Assembly: GCF_009834535.1 (NCBI RefSeq)
Contig: NC_045696.1
Span: 8,930,001 to 8,994,000 of the forward strand
Origin: Camelus ferus
Lineage: Eukaryota
Reading direction: 5' to 3'
Length of the DNA: 64,000 bases
Shown here: positions 1-11,960 of the stretch, piece by piece
Position numbering within the stretch: position 1 is the stretch's first letter
Layout: each line of letters opens with the position of its first letter
The notes under the pieces: model-generated
Seen by the model: only the letters and a program-made list of their open reading frames with translations
Told to the model about the DNA's origin: nothing
Databases searched by the model: none
Program-made: the position numbers and the translations under genes

Positions 1-454
1 TTCTGCTGCTACCACTGCAACTCTTTTATGCCCGATCGGAATTCTTTGTTTTTCCTTCTTTCTCAGCCCCACAGCCTGCTTCTCTGAGGCCACAGCTTGC
101 CCATCCTTCTGTCTTGTGATCTTAGCCAACTGTCTCGAAGCCTTTGCCACGGCACGTTAAGAGAACAGGTGTTACTGTATCACACTCTTCATGTCCCCCA
201 CACAGGCAGGTGCTGCTTCTCCTAAAACAGATGCCTGTTGGCTTTCGCCATCAATGTGTTTTGTAAAATATCCCAGATGACCTCTCCCCCTGGCCTGAAA
301 TCTCCCATTTTCTGAAGATGATTCCTTTCCCTGGATGTGTTTCCTCTCACCCATCAGTTTCTGGCAGAGTGTGAATCTCGATGTCCCCTTACATTTCCCT
401 TCCTGATACCTAGTAGAGTGTCAGTTAGAAGCAAGTCCCGAGAGCCAGCACAGT

Positions 455-652
455 GCGAGCGGACGCCAGATTCTCCTTGTTAGCAGACAGCCTTGAGAAA
501 ATGTCCTCTGTGAGCCTCAGTTTATCTTGTCTTTAAAATGAGGACATTACCATATTTCACAGAGTTGATGTGGAGATAAAATTAGACAGGAAAAACAGCT
601 GATCTACAGCCTGGCTCCAGCAGGAACTCAGCTCGTGGTATTAGAATATTAT
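455..652 (+). mobile_element. MIR SINE remnant
   Basis: MIR core 'tgagcctcagtttatcttgtctttaaaatgagga...cagagttgatgtggagataaaattaga'; boundaries approximate. Confidence 0.7.
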
Positions 653-656
653 TTTT

Positions 657-745
657 TGGGCCACCATGTCCAGTTGTGCAGTTTGTGCACTGCCCAAAAG
701 TGCCCAATCAGCTCTGAGGGGAATGAGTGGGAACTGAGAGGATCT
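657..745 (+). mobile_element. MER91-like hAT MITE fragment
   Basis: 'gggccaccatgtccagttgtgcagtttgtgcactgcccaaaag' resembles the recalled MER91 5' end; followed by a poly-T run (~745-767). Confidence 0.55.
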
Positions 746-2124
746 TTTTTTTTTTTTTTTTTTTTTGGCCATTTCTCTTCTTAGAGGACTCTCCACACGT
801 TGGAATGTGTCTTCTTAAATGTCTGTCTTTGGTTCGATTAATCTGCCAGGAGGGGCATCCTTCGTGAGAGGGGGCTTGTTAATCTCTTTTAGGTCTTTTA
901 CCTCTAATGTCACTCACAGGCTGCTGCTCCTTCCACTCTCCCTAGGCTCCCTCTGGAAGGCTCTCCCCTTCTCCGGCTGGTCACAGACCCAACACCAGGG
1001 CCCACGTGGTGGCTCACACCCTGTTCTTCGTTGGGTGGAGGACAGCTGTCTTACCTTTCAGTTCAAGCAGGTGACAGCTACTGACCGTACCAGCTCTGTG
1101 TTGGGGAGGGGATTCTGATGCGTTTCCTTGGCTCATGGCTGAGTGGAGGAGTGAGATGTAAAAAGGAACAGAATGGCCATGGAAGGGGAGGTGCTGGACA
1201 GCAGAGGTGACTCACAGGACCCTTAGGGCAGCAGAAGGGCCCCTGCCAGGCCTCGACATGGACAAGCCTGCCTGGAGGAAGCCATATCTGTGTCAGCTCT
1301 TAAAAGATGGAGAGTTGTCAAGTGCAGTCAGATAGACAAAAGCCTTCTGGGATGAAGGAATTTGAGATACAAATTAAAGCTCATAATCCCAGGGTTACAC
1401 ACCATGTCAATGCACGGGCCCCTGAGTGGTCTTACGAGAACCTTTGAATCCCCATGTGTTCACCTTCTCAAGCTTCCTTTGTCTTCGGTGTTCCCCGGAA
1501 GTCATCAGGACGGTGTTGTTGTAGCCTCTGAGAGCTGAGGGAAGGGACCCTGAGACCTGTCCCACTTGGCTGAGGGCTGAGAGTGAGTTTGTCCCCGGAC
1601 AGTTCTCAGGCCTTGCTTGACCCCAGGCTTGGCCTTTATTCCAGCTTAGCCCGGCTGTAACCAGATCCCCGTGGCCACTTGCAGCAAAGCCAAAACCCTG
1701 TTCCCAGAAGAAGGGATGCCAGCACCCAATGGGCAGCCTCTCCCCATCCATACCTTTGACCCAGTTCGCCCAGGAAAACAGCACTTCTGAGAGCAAGCTG
1801 CCCTTGGCTTTCTTCAGGAGCTGGGGTGAAGAAGCCATTGTGTTTCCACGTAAGGATTGTTCTTTCCCCTCAGAGGAAGCCCAGAGAAGGCCAGGGCCAT
1901 GTCCTTCAGCTCTGCCGTCACTGCAGTCACTGCGAGCCTGTGCAGAGAATCAGCACCAGAGCAGCAGCTGGGGTGCAGCTCTCAGCACAGGGGGAGACCC
2001 TGTCCCCTTGAAAGGGCTCCAGCACGCCTCTCTCTGAGAAAACTCAAGTCTGCTAGTGCCTCATCCAGAGCCTTCCATGGCTCTCTGTAGACCTTCGGCA
2101 CAGACCACTCTCCGAAGGGGGAGT

Positions 2125-2370
2125 CACAGTGAAGGGGAAAGAGTGTGGTCTCCTTGTCAGGAGCCCTGAGTCAGGTGTTGTTCTGCCCTCACTAACTGTT
2201 GAAACTGGGGCACGTCATTCAGTCTTTATGATCCTCACTTTCCTCCTTTGTGAAATCAGATGACGTCACTGCCTACACCATAGACCCATCACGAGAAGCC
2301 CATGAGATTACACACGTGTGATAGTCAGCATCCTGCCCAGCATACAGCAGCCTCCGCGGACATGTGGCTG
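2125..2370 (+). mobile_element. MIR SINE
   Basis: 'ctcactaactgttgaaactggggcacgtcattc...cctcactttcctcctttgtgaaat' MIR core and 3' portion. Confidence 0.7.
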
Positions 2371-2379
2371 CTTCTTCCT

Positions 2380-3135
2380 TAAAGTTTTCTTGACATTTAA
2401 GCTCTGAAAGTAGTACTTGCTCAATGCAGAAACCTTAAAAGTACTGGACTGTGTACAAAAAGGAAGGAAGGACGGAAGAATGGAAGGAAGGAAGGAAGGA
2501 ATAGAAAAAGAAAGTAATCCTTTCCTTATCCTCTCTTACAAGAGGTGAAAACTATTCAAACTTGGTATATCTACTTCCAGTCCATTATTTATGCACATAC
2601 AATCTTTTAAATATATGTTATACATTGTACAAATATATATGCTCTCTTATTTTTATTTTTTACAAAAAAAAAAAAAGAAACCCAATACACAGATCATCCA
2701 GTTACTTGCTTTTCCTGCTTCACATTGGTTCATGGGGCCCTATCTCCATTAACTGCGCAGTGTTCTATGGCATAATGAAACTAACATTTATTCAGCCCAT
2801 AGCCCACCGACTGATGGTCAAGTTGTGACTAGTTATTTACTTTTATAAACAAGGCTAAGATAAGCATCACTGAGTGGTCCTCTCTGTGCTCATCTGGCAG
2901 CATCTCTTTGTGAGAAACTCCTAGAGGAAGTGTCGCTGGGTCAAAAGACAGGCCTATTTAACATTTTTGAGAAATTGCTAAATTTTGCTTTCCAAAATAT
3001 TGAGTTGTTTTCACTCCAAGTAACAGTGTATGAAAGGACATTTTCCCCACTTCATGAAATGGGGTACCAAAATGTTTTATTATTTTTTTTTTTTTGGCAC
3101 TATCACACAGAAGGATCATGTTTAAAGAATATTTG
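2380..3135 (-). mobile_element. Ancient L1 (L1ME-like) 3' region with internal (GGAA)n tract at ~2461-2500
   Basis: Degenerate antisense L1 3' UTR hallmarks ('actattcaaacttggtatatctacttccag', 'ctagaggaagtgtcgctgggtcaaaag', 'aaattgctaaattttgctttccaaaa'). Confidence 0.65.
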
Positions 3136-3859
3136 CTTCCTGGCCCTAACCAAATAATTTTCAATGTGCAAACCTCTGTAGGCATAGCCCGTCGAGGAGC
3201 CTTTATTGCTCTCCCAGATGACAATGAACTCCTCCAATCAGGCGAACTCTTATTCGTCTGAAGGGTAATGAAGAAGGGAGAATGGGATGTCTTGGGCTTG
3301 TAAATTAGATGTTTCTTTTGTGAAGGTCACACCTGAACTTCAGTGCCAGAATTTCTTATAAGTTGTCACTCAATTCTTGGAAGTTTAACATCACAAAGGA
3401 CCCAGCCTGCTCCGCACTGGCGAGAAGGGGCAGGATTTATGGCTCCTGGGTCAAGGTTTCATGCTAATTTCTGAATAGAGTCTTTCCCTCTCTAAATCTG
3501 GACAATGAGCTGACTTTTCCAGAACTTGATTTGCTTCTCTAATGGATGATCTGACCCCAGAGAAGGTAGAGAATTGAATTGTCTATCCAAGAGACTATGA
3601 CAGAATCAGTTTCTATCCACAGCATTTTCTCATAGTTCAGAAATATTCAGAAGAGAATTTTTCTTTATGTTACAATCCAGAGTCTCTCAAATGTTCACTT
3701 TCAGGGATGTCCACCCATCCGAATAATGACCTACTTTATTAAGAAAGGGAGAGAGCACTTGGGGAAAAATTGTCAATGAGTGAATTATCTGTACCTTTGT
3801 AGCAGGACAGGTTCAAGTCTTCATCAGCAGCAGATGGAGCAGAGACATTCCAGAACCAA

Positions 3860-4090
3860 ACTGCTGATGTGAGGAGAAGCCCTGATTCCTAGCCCCCATT
3901 CCTCCACTGACTAGCTGGGTGACCTAGGGCAAATTACTTAACCTTTCTGAGTTTCGGATTTTTTTCATATGCAACGTGGGCATAAGTCCTTGCATAACTC
4001 ATGCAGTGGTGCCGAAGAGAAATGCCTTAATGGGTATTAAAAATGTGCTGTCTACTGGGAAACACATACACATGAAAGGTATGGTTAATA
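3860..4090 (+). mobile_element. MIR SINE
   Basis: 'ccactgactagctgggtgacctagggcaaattacttaacctttctgagtttc' is a close match to the MIR core. Confidence 0.8.
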
Positions 4091-5549
4091 TTTGGTTTTA
4101 AAATCTAGCCTTCATTTTATGGTGTCTGATTTTCTTGGCATTCACAACACTTAGAAACCAATAATAAAACCATGCTGTCAAGAGTACAATTAAGGACAGG
4201 TTGGAAAACTGCCCAGTTCCCAAGCATTTGATCTCAGTGGAGCACAGCACGTTCACAAAGGCTGATGAAGCAGGAGCCAGATTTCTGGGGAAGTCCCGCC
4301 ATGTGGTCCCGTCCATCCCTCCCATCCCACCTCCCATCTTTCTCCCAAGTCCTCAACAGTCTGCTCGGCGGCTCCGTCATCCCCTCTGACCTTGGAGTCT
4401 ATGATCCCAAGATCACAGACATGCGGGGAAGGCTGGGCCAAAGCTGACTCTACTTTTCATTTCTCTTTCTCACCCACCTCACTTACTTACACAAATAAAG
4501 GCTAAAAACAGCTTTGAAGGAGTATTGAGAAGGATGAGTGGTTCTCTGGTTTAGGTAGACAGGTGAGAAGGGGAGGGAAGTTTATAAGATTGTCACCTCT
4601 TTCTTGGTTATTCCTGGGGGTCTACCTTGCCCCACTCCCCATCTTTCCAGAAACTATCAGGAGGGCTCTCCTGGACACCTTAGAATCTATCTAAGTGAAC
4701 ACACTGCCCCCAGGCTACCTTGCTCCTGGACCCCATGCAGGTTATGCGGCTTGGCCCCATTCCTTAAAGCCTGAGCAACTTAAGGAACAAATCAGAAATG
4801 GAGAGCGTTTTGCAGGTAGTCAGCAGCTCTAGGACTCCTGTCCCATCCAGAGGGTCAGCCCATCCTAGGAAACCGGTGTGCCCATCTCCACCACTCTTAT
4901 GTCCCAGCAGTTAGATAAACTCCCTTGGTGATGGGGGTCTCGACAGGGGGTCGCCTGACTAGCTCCACGAGAGGGAGTAACCCATCCTGTTCTGAAGCCA
5001 GACCACAGGCTTGCTGTCACTGGCAGTCACGGCAGCACAGCTTCCTGTAGGTCTTGGGCTGCGGAGTCTCTGCCCCTCCCCCACCCCACCCCCCACTCCG
5101 GGGGCTCATAATAGATCCACTGTGGCAAGTAGTTCTGGTTAGTTCTCAAATAAAGGAACTTAGGTCAGAGTTCTCACCAGAAACAGGGAACACAGCCAGC
5201 GGAGCACAGGGCTGGGGAGGGGGACGGTTCAGGTAAACAGAAGGACCTTTCCAGAAGTGCCCTCTGAACCCACTCAGGCCCCCTCTACCTTCTAGAGTGA
5301 TGCCCCGAACGCCCGCGCAGCGCCTGAGTCCTGCCTGGCACGCAGGGTGCTCTCCCATCTGCTACAAGGCAGATCTCCTCTGTTCTCTGTTGCTAATTCA
5401 GTTTCAATGTTTTATTTTGCATGACCTCATACTCTTATGACCTGGTAGCATGTGTGAAATAATTTAAGATAGTTCATTTGATATTCTCTAGAATTCTCGG
5501 ATGGTGGCATTAAAGCCTTGTGGAATTTTTCCTTGTAAATGACTTTTGC

Positions 5550-5735
5550 GGTGTGTATGAGTGTGTGGTGTGTGGGGGGGTGGTATGTAGGACATGTGTG
5601 AGTGTGGCGTGTGTGGATATGTGTGGTGTGTTATGTGTGAGTGTGCAGTATATGGTGTGTGTTGTGTTATACATGGTGTATGATGTCTGTTGTGCTGTGT
5701 GTGGTGTGTGAGTGTGTGGTGTGTGTGCGTGTGCA
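5550..5735. repeat. Degenerate (TG/TGG)n low-complexity tract
   Basis: Visible gtgtgtg/gtggtgtg repetition; it generates the spurious His/Thr- and Val/Cys-rich ORFs here. Confidence 0.9.
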
Positions 5736-6882
5736 CAGATGCATAAGTGTTCACGAGCATGCACGTGCTTGTGAGCGCATGCCCTCTACACTGAGCAGTG
5801 GGATTGGAACAGACCTAAGAAAACACACGAGCCTCACAAATTTAATGCAAAACAAAAAGACGCCCTCACAGATTAATTCGCTCATCAGAGAACCATTTAT
5901 AAAGGGTTCAAATGCTCAAAATACATCTTGTCTTGCCACATACCTACAAGGAAATCTATAACCGAGATTGACTGGTCCATGATGCATCATTCGCTTGATA
6001 CGTACTCACAGAATTCCTGCCATGGTCACCCACCACTGTTCCTGTACCACAGGCTACGTAGTGAAGAAACACAGCAACAGGGACCCTGTCTTCAAGGAGC
6101 CCACAGTCTAGTGGGAGAGAAAGATCAAGGCGGCGCAGCCTGGGAAGTGCTTTGACAGAGGGAATACAGGGAGCTCTTTACCCTGCTTTGCTTTGCTTCC
6201 CATCATGGGTTTACCCTTGACCTGACCGCAGGACTCACTCTTGCTACACGAAACTACCAGCCTCAAATCGGGCCCAGCTTTGGGATGCTTTGAGGGACAC
6301 TTAGGAGAGAAGAGGGACGGTAGGTCCCCCCCGCTGCCAGGAAAACCAGAGCAGCTGAGCACAGACTGGGATTTGAGCTTCCTCTAAGCCACTGCAAAGA
6401 AGGAAACGCAAAAGGCCACATGACCAAACTATCTCATGAAATAATCTGACAGATGACATCATTGAATAGTGAAATTTCTCCTCTATCATTTATCTATTAT
6501 CAAATTATTGATTTCAAGAGCTGCTAAATGGTACCATATTCTCTACTTGCCATGTTCTCCCCTTTTCCCTCTTCATGCTTATCTTCCCAACTTTTGCAAA
6601 AACTAGTATGTATTAGATCAAGAAAAATTTTGAAATTTTTATGCAAAATTTATTATTATCTGTAATTTTCAAAGGGGATTTTTAAGACAATATTTAAATA
6701 TTTTATATTAAGAAGTGTTTCAAACATACCAAAGAATATGTGAGCATACAACTTACATTCAAGGTATAAAATAAGCATTCATGTACTCACTACAGAGTTC
6801 CAGAAATGGAACATAAAAATACATTGAAACTCTCTTTGCCTTCTCTCTTATTAGCAGATAAACACTGTTGAAAGTTAGTGTT

Positions 6883-7080
6883 ATTACCATATATAAAATA
6901 GGTAAACAACAGGGACCTACTGTAGAGCACAAGGAACTATATTCAATATCTTGTAATGAGCTGTAACGGAAAAGAATTTGGAAAAAAATATATATATACG
7001 TATGTATATGTATAACTGAATCTCTTTGCTGTACACCTGAAACTAACATTGTAAATCAAGTATACTCAAAAAAAAAAAAC
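6883..7080 (+). mobile_element. 5'-truncated L1 3' end (cetartiodactyl type) with poly-A tail
   Basis: 'ataaaataggtaaacaacagggacctactgtagagcacaaggaactatattcaatatcttgtaat...ctgtacacctgaaactaacattgtaaatcaagtatactcaaaaaaaa'; same family as 44417-45110. Confidence 0.9.
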
Positions 7081-7109
7081 CAATTTTTTTTTAAAAAGGG
7101 AGAAACATG

Positions 7110-7428
7110 CTTGAAATAATTTATATCCTCTTAAATTTGTTGAGGCTTCTTTTGTGCCCGAGTATATGATCTATCCTAGAGAATGTTCTATGTGCACTTG
7201 AAAAGAATGTATATTCTGTTTTGGGGGGATGTGATGTCCTAAAAATATCAACCCAGTCCAAGTGTTCTATTGTGTCATTTAGTATCTCCGTTGCCTTCTT
7301 GATTTTCTGTCTGGAGGGTCTGTCCGATGATGTTAATGGGGTGTTGAAGTCTCCTACTATGATTGTGTTCCCATCAGTTTCTCCTTTTATGTCTGTTAGT
7401 ATTTGCTTTATGTATTTAGGTGCCCCTG
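7110..7428 (-). pseudogene. L1 ORF2 endonuclease-domain fragment (non-functional)
   Basis: ORF 7121..7486(-) contains GAPKYIKQILTDIKGE..NTIIVGDFNTPLTS..YTFFSSAHRTFSRIDHILGHK, i.e. the L1 APE-like endonuclease GDFN and RIDH motifs. Confidence 0.93.
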
Positions 7429-7507
7429 TACTGGGACATTGTGCTGTACACCAGAAATTGATGCATTGTAACTGACTGTGCTTCAATTAAAAAAAATTTT
7501 TAATGAA
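7429..7507 (+). mobile_element. Extreme 3' tip of a second L1 with A-rich tail
   Basis: 'ctgggacattgtgctgtacaccagaaattgatgcattgtaactgactgtgcttcaattaaaaaaa'; differs from the 6883-7080 terminus. Confidence 0.85.
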
Positions 7508-7520
7508 GAAAGTTACTGTT

Positions 7521-9280
7521 TATTACTGCCTGATTTCTTTGCAGATTTCCTCTAGGTATGTCCTAAGACAAGATATATTTTGAGTACTTAAACCTTTTAT
7601 AAATGGCTCTCAGATGAATGAGTGAATCTGTGAGAAGATCTTCTGCTCTGCATTTTTTTGTGACGCCCACGTGTTTTCCATGCTCATCCGATCTTCATTT
7701 GTGACCTTCTTTCTTGGGTCACTTTTCTTCCTTCTAGAGCATATCCTCTAGAGAAGTTCCATCAGTGAGGATCTGCTGGTAATGGATTCTCTCACGGCTG
7801 TTTGCCTGAAAAGATCTTTATTTGGCTAAAAGACACTCCCACTGGGTACACAGTTCTAGGCTGAGTTGTTTTCTCCCAGCCCTCTGAAGATGTGACCGCT
7901 CTTTATTTTAGCTTCTACTGCCCTGATTGCAGAATCAGCTTCCTGTCTAACGGTGGCTCTTTTTAGGTCATTTTATCATCTCTCTCCACTACATTTCAGA
8001 TTGCTTCCTTTATCCTTGGTGTTCAGCCGTTTCAATACAACAAATACAGGGTGGGTTTCTTTCATCCTACTTGCAATTCATCCAAGTTCCTAAATCTGGG
8101 AATGCATAGGTCTCATGAATTCAAGAAAATTCTCCTCCACCACCTCTTCAGTATGATAGGAATACTCCTGTGTTCTGTTTACCATCTCTTTCCAATGACC
8201 CACTGACTGTGCGTTATACCTTTGCACTTTACATACACACTTCCAACCTCCTTTTCACTGTTCCCACCTCCTCGTCTGTACTAAAGTCACCAGAATTTCA
8301 TAAGATTAACTTGTTTTTCTCCATTTCTCTGCTCAACTTCTCTAATGGAACTTCTCCAGTGGAACTTCTCTAATGGAACTTGTCTGATCTGCCTTCAGTC
8401 CCTGCACTGGGTTGCAAATTTTATTCATTACGGATTTATTTCTGGAGGATGTATTTGTTGCTTTTTCAAATCTGACTGGTCATTTTTCATAATCCTTTTC
8501 CTTTCATGTTTTCAAGTCACTCTTTTCTTATTTTAGACATAATAAATATATTTATGCTATATTTTTATCCAGGAATTTCAATATTTAGCATTCTCTTGCT
8601 TCATTCTGCTGTGTGTGCTTCTGTAGACTCGTGCTCATGGTCCCTGGTTTACTTGTGTACTCTATGAGTTTTTTTAAACTCATCAATTTTGGAATATGGA
8701 CTCCATAATTTCTTTTAATTCATCAATTTTGGAACTTTCTTTGATGCCTAAGTTAAGAGTATTTTACTCCTGAGAAGATCTGCATTTACTCCTGCCAGGT
8801 GCCTGGCATCAGAATGTCACATTCTCAGCTTGATGCTTTGCAGACCACCTGCATACTATGAATTGGATCCCAAACCCAAGCAAAGGCTAGCAACAAATTC
8901 TCAAAGAATATTTCTTCCCCCTCATCCCAGAATCAAGTCTGACACTAGATAACTTTCTTGGTCATTTACACTTTGTGAGAGAATATACTTCATCCTTTCA
9001 ATAAAGGCAAAGGCCTTCGAAGACCCTAGCTTTATGTGGAATCACCTAACTCACCATCTCATCACTAAGTTAAATCCAAAGCTCTAACCTCCTGGAATAG
9101 CCAGGCGACTTGGGCTGCTGACAACTTTAGTGCTCACCTCTCTGCTCCTGCTTAACTATTTTGTCCTCTGATCACTTCCCTGAGCTGTGCACATAAAAGG
9201 CATTTAGTATTTTGTCCAGAATTTTTACACGTTTTGAAGAGAGCAGACTTTAGGTTACCCTCGGTGTCATATTGCCAAGA
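7521..9280 (-). mobile_element. Ancient L1M/HAL1-like ORF1-side remnant (host element of the 6883-7507 insertion; its 3' part is ~6690-6882)
   Basis: Antisense L1M ORF1-like motifs ('agtgaggatctgctggtaatggattctctca', 'ctgggtacacagttctaggctga', 'tttttcaaatctgactggtcatttttcataat'); highly diverged. Confidence 0.55.
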
Positions 9281-9784
9281 AATCTACCTGCTCTCTCCTA
9301 GGCCTTCCTAATTGGCAGTCAGAGCTTCAATATACAAAAACCCTTTCTATGTAAAGCCAGTGTGTTGAAGTACAAGAGGAAAAAGATCTTGGGGAAAGAG
9401 CTGACACTTCCTGAGTGCCTACCCCAGGCCAGGCATTAGAAAATGTAACCCTTCCCCAGTGCTTTGAGGTTCGTGCTTTCGTCTTCAGAAACTGAGTCTT
9501 CGGTGGGTACAAAACCCATCCATAGTTACATGGGGGCGGAGCAGGGAGTCAGAACCCCCCTTTTTTTTGCTACTGTATAGATTCAGTTCTTTCTTCACAG
9601 CTCTTCCCTAACCATGGAAGAGTTTTCCTCTGGAGCTTAGAAAGTTATCCAGTGTCTTCTTAAAGAACAAAGGACCAAGACTTCTCTGTCAACAACTGAT
9701 GCTGGAGAACCTCATGCAAAATCTAGAATTCTAGCTAATTTTTTAAAAACTTTATTACTAACATTATTACAACTTAGAAGGAGA

Positions 9785-9829
9785 ATATATATGTGTGTAT
9801 GTATATACATGCATATATGTATGGATATT

Positions 9830-9884
<55 letters not shown>

Positions 9885-9892
9885 CACACACA
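9785..9892. repeat. (TA)n microsatellite, pure core ~9832-9880
   Basis: Directly visible. Confidence 0.97.
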
Positions 9893-9944
9893 TAAACACC
9901 CTCTTTGAAAATAATGAATAAACCCTTTAAATAACGTAGGGACA

Positions 9945-10032
9945 GATGGTCCTTGTATGTCTTTGCAGCCTTCACAAGTCCCAGCACAATGCCCTAAAAT
10001 GATAGTTATTCATTAAATACCTCATGAGTGAA
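9945..10032 (+). mobile_element. L2 3' end remnant
   Basis: 'cccagcacaatgccc...tcattaaatacctcatgagtgaa' L2 tail pattern. Confidence 0.5.
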
Positions 10033-11769
10033 CAATTGCCATTGCTCTTTATTGCAGAACCAAAATGTGTCCACAAACATCAGTGCTGTGGATAATTCAA
10101 AATGTGTTGAGGCGAAGTCTCCCAGCCCTCCAAAGGCACACGCCTTCAAGCTTAGGGTTCGGACATTCCAGCCCACCCCGTGCTGTGCTCAGCCACATTT
10201 CTTCTCCCTGAGTCAGTGTGCGTCCTCTTCTGCTTTGTCATTTATTTTAGTACCTCGCACCCTCCTCTGGTATGTGGGAGAGTCTGAGTCACAGATGTCA
10301 GTGAATCCGAAATCAGTGCACTCGCTTTCTCTCTCTCGGGTGCCGTCATTGGTCTAGGTGAGTAGGCTTGTGTCCCGACTCACCCCTTCCCGGCATGTGC
10401 ACCTGCCCCCGAGAGCACTGATGGCCCTGGACACCCTCTGCTCTGGGCTGTTGTCATGGGAGTCCCTGCCTGCTTGCAGATCTTTGATGCTTCCTGACAC
10501 ATGACCACATTTTCTATTAAAGGACTCCGGGCTTATCGATAGCCTACTTTAATGTCCTCACTAGTGAAGAACAATATCTTGCTTCTCTTCAGTTGGTGGA
10601 GTCACCTAGTCTCACCCAACGATCACCTTCCATTAGTGGCTTTGAGAAAGTCCGTCTCTTTCCCTGGCAAGCTCATCTTTGGAAAGAGGTTACTGTTGAA
10701 AAAGTGACCCCACGGAGGCTCCAACTTTGCTTCTCTAGGTCTAAAGGGACAGGAAAGCAAATGGCTCTTCCAATCGCACTTTAAGCGGAAGCATAGGACT
10801 GCCTCTTTGAGCTGGGAAATGTTTATTTCTGAGTGCCCTGCTCCTGGCAGGATTGCATCAAAAGGCTCTATGTATGGGGAAGAAGGTGGAGACAGGTTAA
10901 TTGCCTTCAGAGAAACAGCTTGTAACATGAGCCTCTTTCCGCCCACCTTTCCTCCAGCAGCAAGGAGAGCTCAGCTCAGAATGGGGTGGCTTGAATGCTG
11001 GGAAGCCTCCGCCTGACTGCGCGTTCACTCACGTTCACGTTCTAAGGAGATTGGTCTCTTAAGTGTTTTGAATACCAAGAAGCCTAGCTTTTCTTAGAGG
11101 CTGCCGTTGCTCGTGAAAAGTTTAAAAAACAAACAAAAAATAAGATCAAAAATTGATATATTTTTATTTAACCTCCTTCTCTAGAATTTTGCTACTAACC
11201 GTAGTGTCAAGAAACAACAGATTAAGTATCTCAGAACATTAAGCGTTCTCCAAAAAGTAAAGTGTTTCTTAATTACAAGTAACGTTAAGCTTGCATCGTT
11301 TGAACAATGGGGAATTTAAGTCAACTCAGATTAGAAAAGGAAAAATATTTTTCAAATTGGTACCTGAGACAATTGAAAAATTTACTATGTATCTTCAATT
11401 AAGTGACCAAAACCCATGAATGCACTCTAAATAGATTTCTATTTATTATGATGAGTGAAATTAGATTTTTAATTTGGGAGGAAGGAAAGCTCAACTTCTC
11501 CAAATTACCATGTTTGATTTTATAAAGGCAGAAGAAAAATGAGACACATTAAGATGAAAGAATTTCCTCATTCAATTTTGTGCATTTTTCTTGACAAAAA
11601 GGCAACATCATTTGCCCCCCTCTTCACACTATCATCCTGGCTTGAAATTCTACCCATTCTTCCAGGTGAGCTGCAAGTTCTATTTCTGGGCATCCTTTCC
11701 TTTTCATCCCAGTCCAGGCTGACCCCTCTGTGACCTTCAAAGGCACTTTCTGCTCTGGTTACTTATATG

Positions 11770-11960
11770 GCTTCAGTTCCTTCAACAAATATTTGTCTAG
11801 CCCCAGTGGGGTTCCCAGCTCTGTGCTGGGTCCTGGAGACGCCGCAGTGAACATGATCCACCCCTGCTATCCAAGAGGAGGGGTAGTTAAAATACAGGTA
11901 AGTCCACTGTAGGGCAAGCTTGTAGATGAGAACCAAGGACTGAGCATTGCTGAGGCAATG
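11770..11960 (-). mobile_element. L2 3' end
   Basis: 'ttcaacaaatatttgtctagc...ctctgtgctgggtcctggagacgccgcagtgaaca' antisense L2 tail. Confidence 0.7.

Noticed and set aside
1407..2090. Cluster of overlapping 60-143 aa ORFs in GC-richer DNA
   Set aside because: No recognisable protein family or coherent exon structure; consistent with chance open frames.
3218..3264. 47-nt candidate exon (ctcccag|ATG...GG|gtaatg)
   Set aside because: Isolated, peptide MTMNSSNQANSYSSEG not recognised, no partner exons identified.
5751..5774. 24-nt near-palindrome tcacgagcatgcacgtgcttgtga
   Set aside because: Short and adjacent to an alternating purine-pyrimidine tract, where such symmetry is expected.
5488..5961. 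His/Thr-rich and Val/Cys-rich ORFs (also 15248-15603, 9712-9987, 62878-63087)
   Set aside because: Translations of TG/TA microsatellite tracts.
7121..7486. 121-aa ORF with nuclease motifs as a host gene
   Set aside because: It is an L1 ORF2 fragment fused to antisense L1 3' UTR; partial domain and no exon context.
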